Of a stretch of 64,000 bases of DNA, positions 60,470 to 64,000 are shown one piece after another. This DNA comes from Candidatus Bathyarchaeota archaeon. GTDB taxonomy: Archaea; Thermoproteota; Bathyarchaeia; 40CM-2-53-6. The notes beneath the pieces are model-generated. The model ran no database searches, was not told the origin of the DNA, and worked only from the letters and a program-made list of their open reading frames with translations. Positions within the stretch are counted from its first letter, which is position 1. Every line of letters starts with the position of its first letter. The stretch lies in contig CAVSBL010000002.1 of NCBI GenBank assembly GCA_963726255.1, positions 864,001 through 928,000 on the forward strand. The letters run 5' to 3'. Both the position numbers and the translations under genes were made by a program.

Positions 60470-60958
60470 ATGCACGCAACTACACGCTGCCCTCGCTGCG
60501 GATACGTTCTAAATTACAACGGCTACGCCTACTACTGCAGTTTCTGCGGGTACCCTCAGACGCGCGAAACATTGGCTGGGGCTCTCTATTCTCTGGAGAA
60601 GCGCATAAGTGGCGGCGTTAGACGTGTTCTTGCTGAGCTCAAACCGAAGACCGCACAGATGGGCTACTACCCAGTTAGCGTTACCATGCAGGCTTGCACA
60701 AATTGCGGTCTCATCTTTCCGCGCGGCTTCCAACGCTGCCCTTCCTGCGGGACGCAGCGGCCCATAATGGCTCAGGGTACCACGACAACTATGCCTAGGG
60801 AAGCGACGGATCTTGACCGGCGAGTATTTGATTATATTAACTCTCATGGCGGGACGATCTCGATATCCCATGCGGCGCAAGACCTGGTTATCGATCAGGA
60901 ACTTCTACTTTCGTCAATCGAGCGTCTGAAATCCGCTGGTTACCTTACTCAATCTTGA
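60470..60958 (+). CDS. Double Zn-ribbon plus C-terminal HTH protein
   Basis: CPRCG..CSFCG; CTNCG..CPSCG; VFDYINSHGGTISIS...LKSAGYL. Confidence 0.8.
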   Translation: MHATTRCPRCGYVLNYNGYAYYCSFCGYPQTRETLAGALYSLEKRISGGVRRVLAELKPKTAQMGYYPVSVTMQACTNCGLIFPRGFQRCPSCGTQRPIMAQGTTTTMPREATDLDRRVFDYINSHGGTISISHAAQDLVIDQELLLSSIERLKSAGYLTQS

Positions 60959-61069
60959 ACGTCTACCCATAGGCGCAAGAGATGTTACGGCGGCCGTAGA
61001 GTTTCACCAAAATAAGTAAGCGTTAAGTGCACGTCAGGCTGCACGAAGGCAATTCGGTCGTTATTTGAC

Positions 61070-61393
61070 ATGATGTTCTGTGCGAAATGCAGTTTAGCTA
61101 TGTTGCCCATGCAAAAGGAAAAGTCGATTGTGCTAACGTGCCCAAAGTGCGGCCAAGAATCTACGCGCTCGAACCCATTAGTACAGAAATTTGACAAACC
61201 AAGAGAATCCATCGTCGTTATCGGTAATGAAGGGAAATCAATACAGACTCTGCCGAAAATGAAAGTTATCTGCCAAAAATGCGGGCATGGTGAAGCGTTC
61301 TACTGGATGGTGCAAACGCGCGGAGGCGACGAGGCATCTACACAGTTCTTCAGATGCACCAAATGCGGACGAACATGGCGAGAGTATTCATGA
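61070..61393 (+). CDS. tfs: Transcript cleavage factor TFS
   Basis: N-terminal Zn ribbon; QTRGGDEASTQFFRCTKCGRTWREY. Confidence 0.95.
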   Translation: MMFCAKCSLAMLPMQKEKSIVLTCPKCGQESTRSNPLVQKFDKPRESIVVIGNEGKSIQTLPKMKVICQKCGHGEAFYWMVQTRGGDEASTQFFRCTKCGRTWREYS

Positions 61394-61549
61394 AACTCGA
61401 ATAGTAGCTCATCCCATTTTCCCTAATCGATTCTTCTCGTCGGCATTAGGTGGGTGAAGAAACGCTAGGCACCCTGGGGGAGGACAAATGAACCAAGCTT
61501 ATTATCTGAAGTCGGAAAGTACGGTTTGCCTCACGAATCGTGAGGCCAT

Positions 61550-61644
61550 GCGGCCGTAGTCTAGCCTGGTCTAGGACATTGCGTTTACGCGTCCATTGGC
61601 CTTCCAAGCCAACGACCCGGGTCCGAATCCCGGCGGCCGCACCA
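61550..61644 (+). tRNA. tRNA-Gly(TCC) with a 17-nt intron (61580..61596) at position 27/28
   Basis: GCGGCCG/CGGCCGC-A-CCA; GGAC-ATT-GCGT..ACGC-GTCC-ATT splice motif; spliced TTGGC-CTTCCAA-GCCAA. Confidence 0.9.
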
Positions 61645-61721
61645 CTTCTTTCCGACTGAAACGCTCTCTCGTTTCCCAAAAGACTTAAACTGACTCATCT
61701 TTCAGCTATTGTCGGATCTAG

Positions 61722-62222
61722 ATGACCAGTCAACTCTCGCTTCAGCAGAATGCCCCCGCCGCAAGGCTTCATTTCAAATTGAATGGGAAGCCCGTTTCAA
61801 TTCGAGCGCCCCGGGCAAAAACCCTTCTTCGCCTGCTGCGCGAGGATTTCGACCTGACGGGTGCAAAGCCCGGTTGCGAAGCCGGTGAATGCGGAGCATG
61901 CACTGTTCTTCTAGACGGTAAACCAGTCACCTCATGCATGGTGCTCGCCGCTCAAGTGGATGGACGCGAGGTGACGACCGTTGAAGGGCTTTCGAGCGGA
62001 CGAAGGGTTGATCCAATAATTCAAGAGTTGGTGACCCAGGGGGCGGTGCAATGCGGATATTGCATCCCGGGTATCGTGGTCGCGGCCAGGGGATTGCTCA
62101 ACGAGAATCCTCACCCCACACTTGGCATGATCCGTCTCGCTCTTTCCGGAAATGTTTGCAGATGCGGCGGTTACTCAAAAATCGCGGATGCCGTCGCCAG
62201 AGTCGCACGCGAAGCTAGATGA
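61722..62222 (+). CDS. Molybdenum hydroxylase small 2Fe-2S subunit (CoxS-like)
   Basis: GCEAGECGAC, QCGYC, GNVCRC. Confidence 0.93.
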   Translation: MTSQLSLQQNAPAARLHFKLNGKPVSIRAPRAKTLLRLLREDFDLTGAKPGCEAGECGACTVLLDGKPVTSCMVLAAQVDGREVTTVEGLSSGRRVDPIIQELVTQGAVQCGYCIPGIVVAARGLLNENPHPTLGMIRLALSGNVCRCGGYSKIADAVARVAREAR

Positions 62223-63103
62223 CGGGAGGACTTCATATTCTCTACTCTCACGTGGAAGTCATCTCTCCCGAATCGGTCGTAGATGCGCTCGAAGCGCTAG
62301 ATCGTTACGGCGAAGACATTCGGATAGTTGCGGGTTCGACGGATATTTCCGTCATGTTGAAAGATGCGCACATACGGGAAAGCAAATTTCTCGACCTTTC
62401 ACACCTTGATGACCTCCGGTACATCAAAGTCGGAAAAGATGGAATGATCCATATCGGCGCTTTAGCAACCTACGGAGACTGCACCAGAAACCGCGTCTTA
62501 CGGAAGCGGGCTCGAATATTACTTGACTCAGTCGAGACGATCGGATCGCCGCAGATCCGAAATCTTGCGACGGTGGCTGGAAATTTGGGGAATGCCTCAC
62601 CAGCAGGAGATGCTCTACCTCCCCTATTCGTTTTAGACGCGAAAGTAGTGCTCGAGAGCAAGTCTGAAAAACGTGAAATCTCCATCGAACAATTCTTCTC
62701 GGGATACCGCAAAACCGTTCGTAAACCAAACGAGCTAATCGGCGAGATCAACTTTCATCCCATAAAACAGGGGGAACTCACATTCTTCAGGAAACTCGGA
62801 GTTCGTCACGCAAACGCGATAGCGGTCGCGAGTGTGGCCTTTTGGGGGAAAAGAGAGGAAAACACATTTAGCCAGACAAGGATTGCGTTGGGCGCCGTGG
62901 CTCCAACGGTAATACGAGCTAGGCGAGCCGAAAAGATGCTGGTGGGAGCAACGCTGACGCCCGAGAAAATGAGAGAAGTTGCCAAAACCTGCGCAGAAGA
63001 ATCCTCTCCGATATCCGACATTAGAGGGACTGCCGCCTACCGACGGCAAGCAGTCGAAGCGTTAACATACATAGGTCTCATGGACACAACTCGCGCATCG
63101 TGA
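62219..63103 (+). CDS. Molybdenum hydroxylase FAD subunit (CoxM-like)
   Basis: AGSTD, QIRNLATVAGNL.NASPAGD, SDIRGTAAYR. Confidence 0.93.
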   Translation: MTGGLHILYSHVEVISPESVVDALEALDRYGEDIRIVAGSTDISVMLKDAHIRESKFLDLSHLDDLRYIKVGKDGMIHIGALATYGDCTRNRVLRKRARILLDSVETIGSPQIRNLATVAGNLGNASPAGDALPPLFVLDAKVVLESKSEKREISIEQFFSGYRKTVRKPNELIGEINFHPIKQGELTFFRKLGVRHANAIAVASVAFWGKREENTFSQTRIALGAVAPTVIRARRAEKMLVGATLTPEKMREVAKTCAEESSPISDIRGTAAYRRQAVEALTYIGLMDTTRAS

Positions 63104-63160
63104 GACTGAACAAGCCTCGCATTACAATCCGAAGAGATCCTGTAGCCGAGTAAGGACGAA

Positions 63161-63724
63161 ATGAAGCAAATCATAGTGGCCATAACAGGAGCCAGCGGAG
63201 CAATCTACGGAGTACGCCTGCTCAAGGCGCTCAAAGACGCAAAAGTGACCGTGCACCTCACAATCTCACCCGCCGCAGAAATCAACCTCAAACTTGAAAC
63301 AGGAATGACAACAGACGAACTCTCAAAACTCTCCAAGCACGTCTACCCGGCAACCGATTTAGCAGCTCCCATCTCCAGCGGCTCCTTCCCCATTGATGGA
63401 ATGGTGATCGTCCCCTGCAGCACGAAGACATTGGCAGCGATCGCGAATGGTTATTCAGACAATCTGATTACCCGGGCCGCAGACGTAACGCTGAAGGAAC
63501 GACGAACACTGGTCCTAGTTCCCAGAGAAACCCCGCTGAATCAAATTCACCTCAAGAACATGCTAACACTGGCCAGGGCGGGCGCGATAATTTTACCAGC
63601 CAGCCCAGGCTTCTACCACACCCCCAAAAAGATAGACGAACTGGTTGACCATATCGTAGGCAAAATAATGGATGCCCTCCATATCGAACATAGTCTCTAC
63701 AAACGTTGGACCGGGTCACCTTAG
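63161..63724 (+). CDS. ubiX: Flavin prenyltransferase
   Basis: ITGASG, SSGSF, PCS.KTL, RAADV.LKERR, RETP, PGFY. Confidence 0.95.
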   Translation: MKQIIVAITGASGAIYGVRLLKALKDAKVTVHLTISPAAEINLKLETGMTTDELSKLSKHVYPATDLAAPISSGSFPIDGMVIVPCSTKTLAAIANGYSDNLITRAADVTLKERRTLVLVPRETPLNQIHLKNMLTLARAGAIILPASPGFYHTPKKIDELVDHIVGKIMDALHIEHSLYKRWTGSP

Positions 63725-64000
63725 AGATTTGACTTTGTCAAACACATCTAAACCTCAAAGGCTGATCGTAGACGCCCACGAGGACATTTCGTTCAATTCG
63801 GTCGTACTGGGGCGTGATTTTCTCAGCTCGGCTTATGATAAACGGGCCCGCGAGAGACCGCCTAACCCACAAGTGGGAACCGCAACCCTCGGCCTTCCGG
63901 ACCTGTTGCAGGCGAACGTCAGAGTAGTTTTCGCATCAATCTGGCCCGTACCCTGCGATTATCCAGACCTGAAAGTCACCCCATGCTACACGACAAAGAA

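Noticed and set aside
1-64000. Numerous 60-160 aa ORFs antisense to or nested in confident genes
   Set aside because: Shadow ORFs with no recognisable motifs, fully overlapping well-supported CDSs.

Overview
Archaeal chromosomal window, most consistent with a TACK-lineage archaeon, probably Bathyarchaeia. This is inferred from PolB1, TopIA, class I LysRS, eS25/eS30, Rpo6, thermosome, TFS and BHB-intron tRNAs. About 1-27 kb is mostly housekeeping, with a small accessory patch at 6.6-8.9 kb. About 27-33 kb holds a NurA-HerA pair without Mre11/Rad50, together with four winged-helix genes and local repeats. About 33-61 kb is an accessory mosaic: a type II-like R-M locus, amt plus an inverted amt fragment, dcd, hutH, and an amino-acid/peptide module with an APC permease, metallophosphoesterase, nucleotidyltransferase-like protein and proline iminopeptidase. 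The most striking signal is an unannotated dispersed ~28-bp imperfect palindrome, GTGTGTGCGCA-CCAYTA-GACCCACACAC. It has about 13 full, half or degenerate copies, all intergenic and in accessory patches, where they bracket single cargo genes and are sometimes fused to tRNA-like 3' ends. This suggests a dif/attC-like gene-cassette system; no recombinase is encoded in the window. Also seen: a two-intron tRNA-Arg(GCG), a tRNA-Gly(TCC) with a non-canonical intron and two partial copies of its 5' end, and an eS30 gene with a TTA codon at the start position. Six genes are split by single-base indels, mostly in homopolymers, which are probably sequencing errors. All protein calls come from motif recognition by eye; no searches were run.
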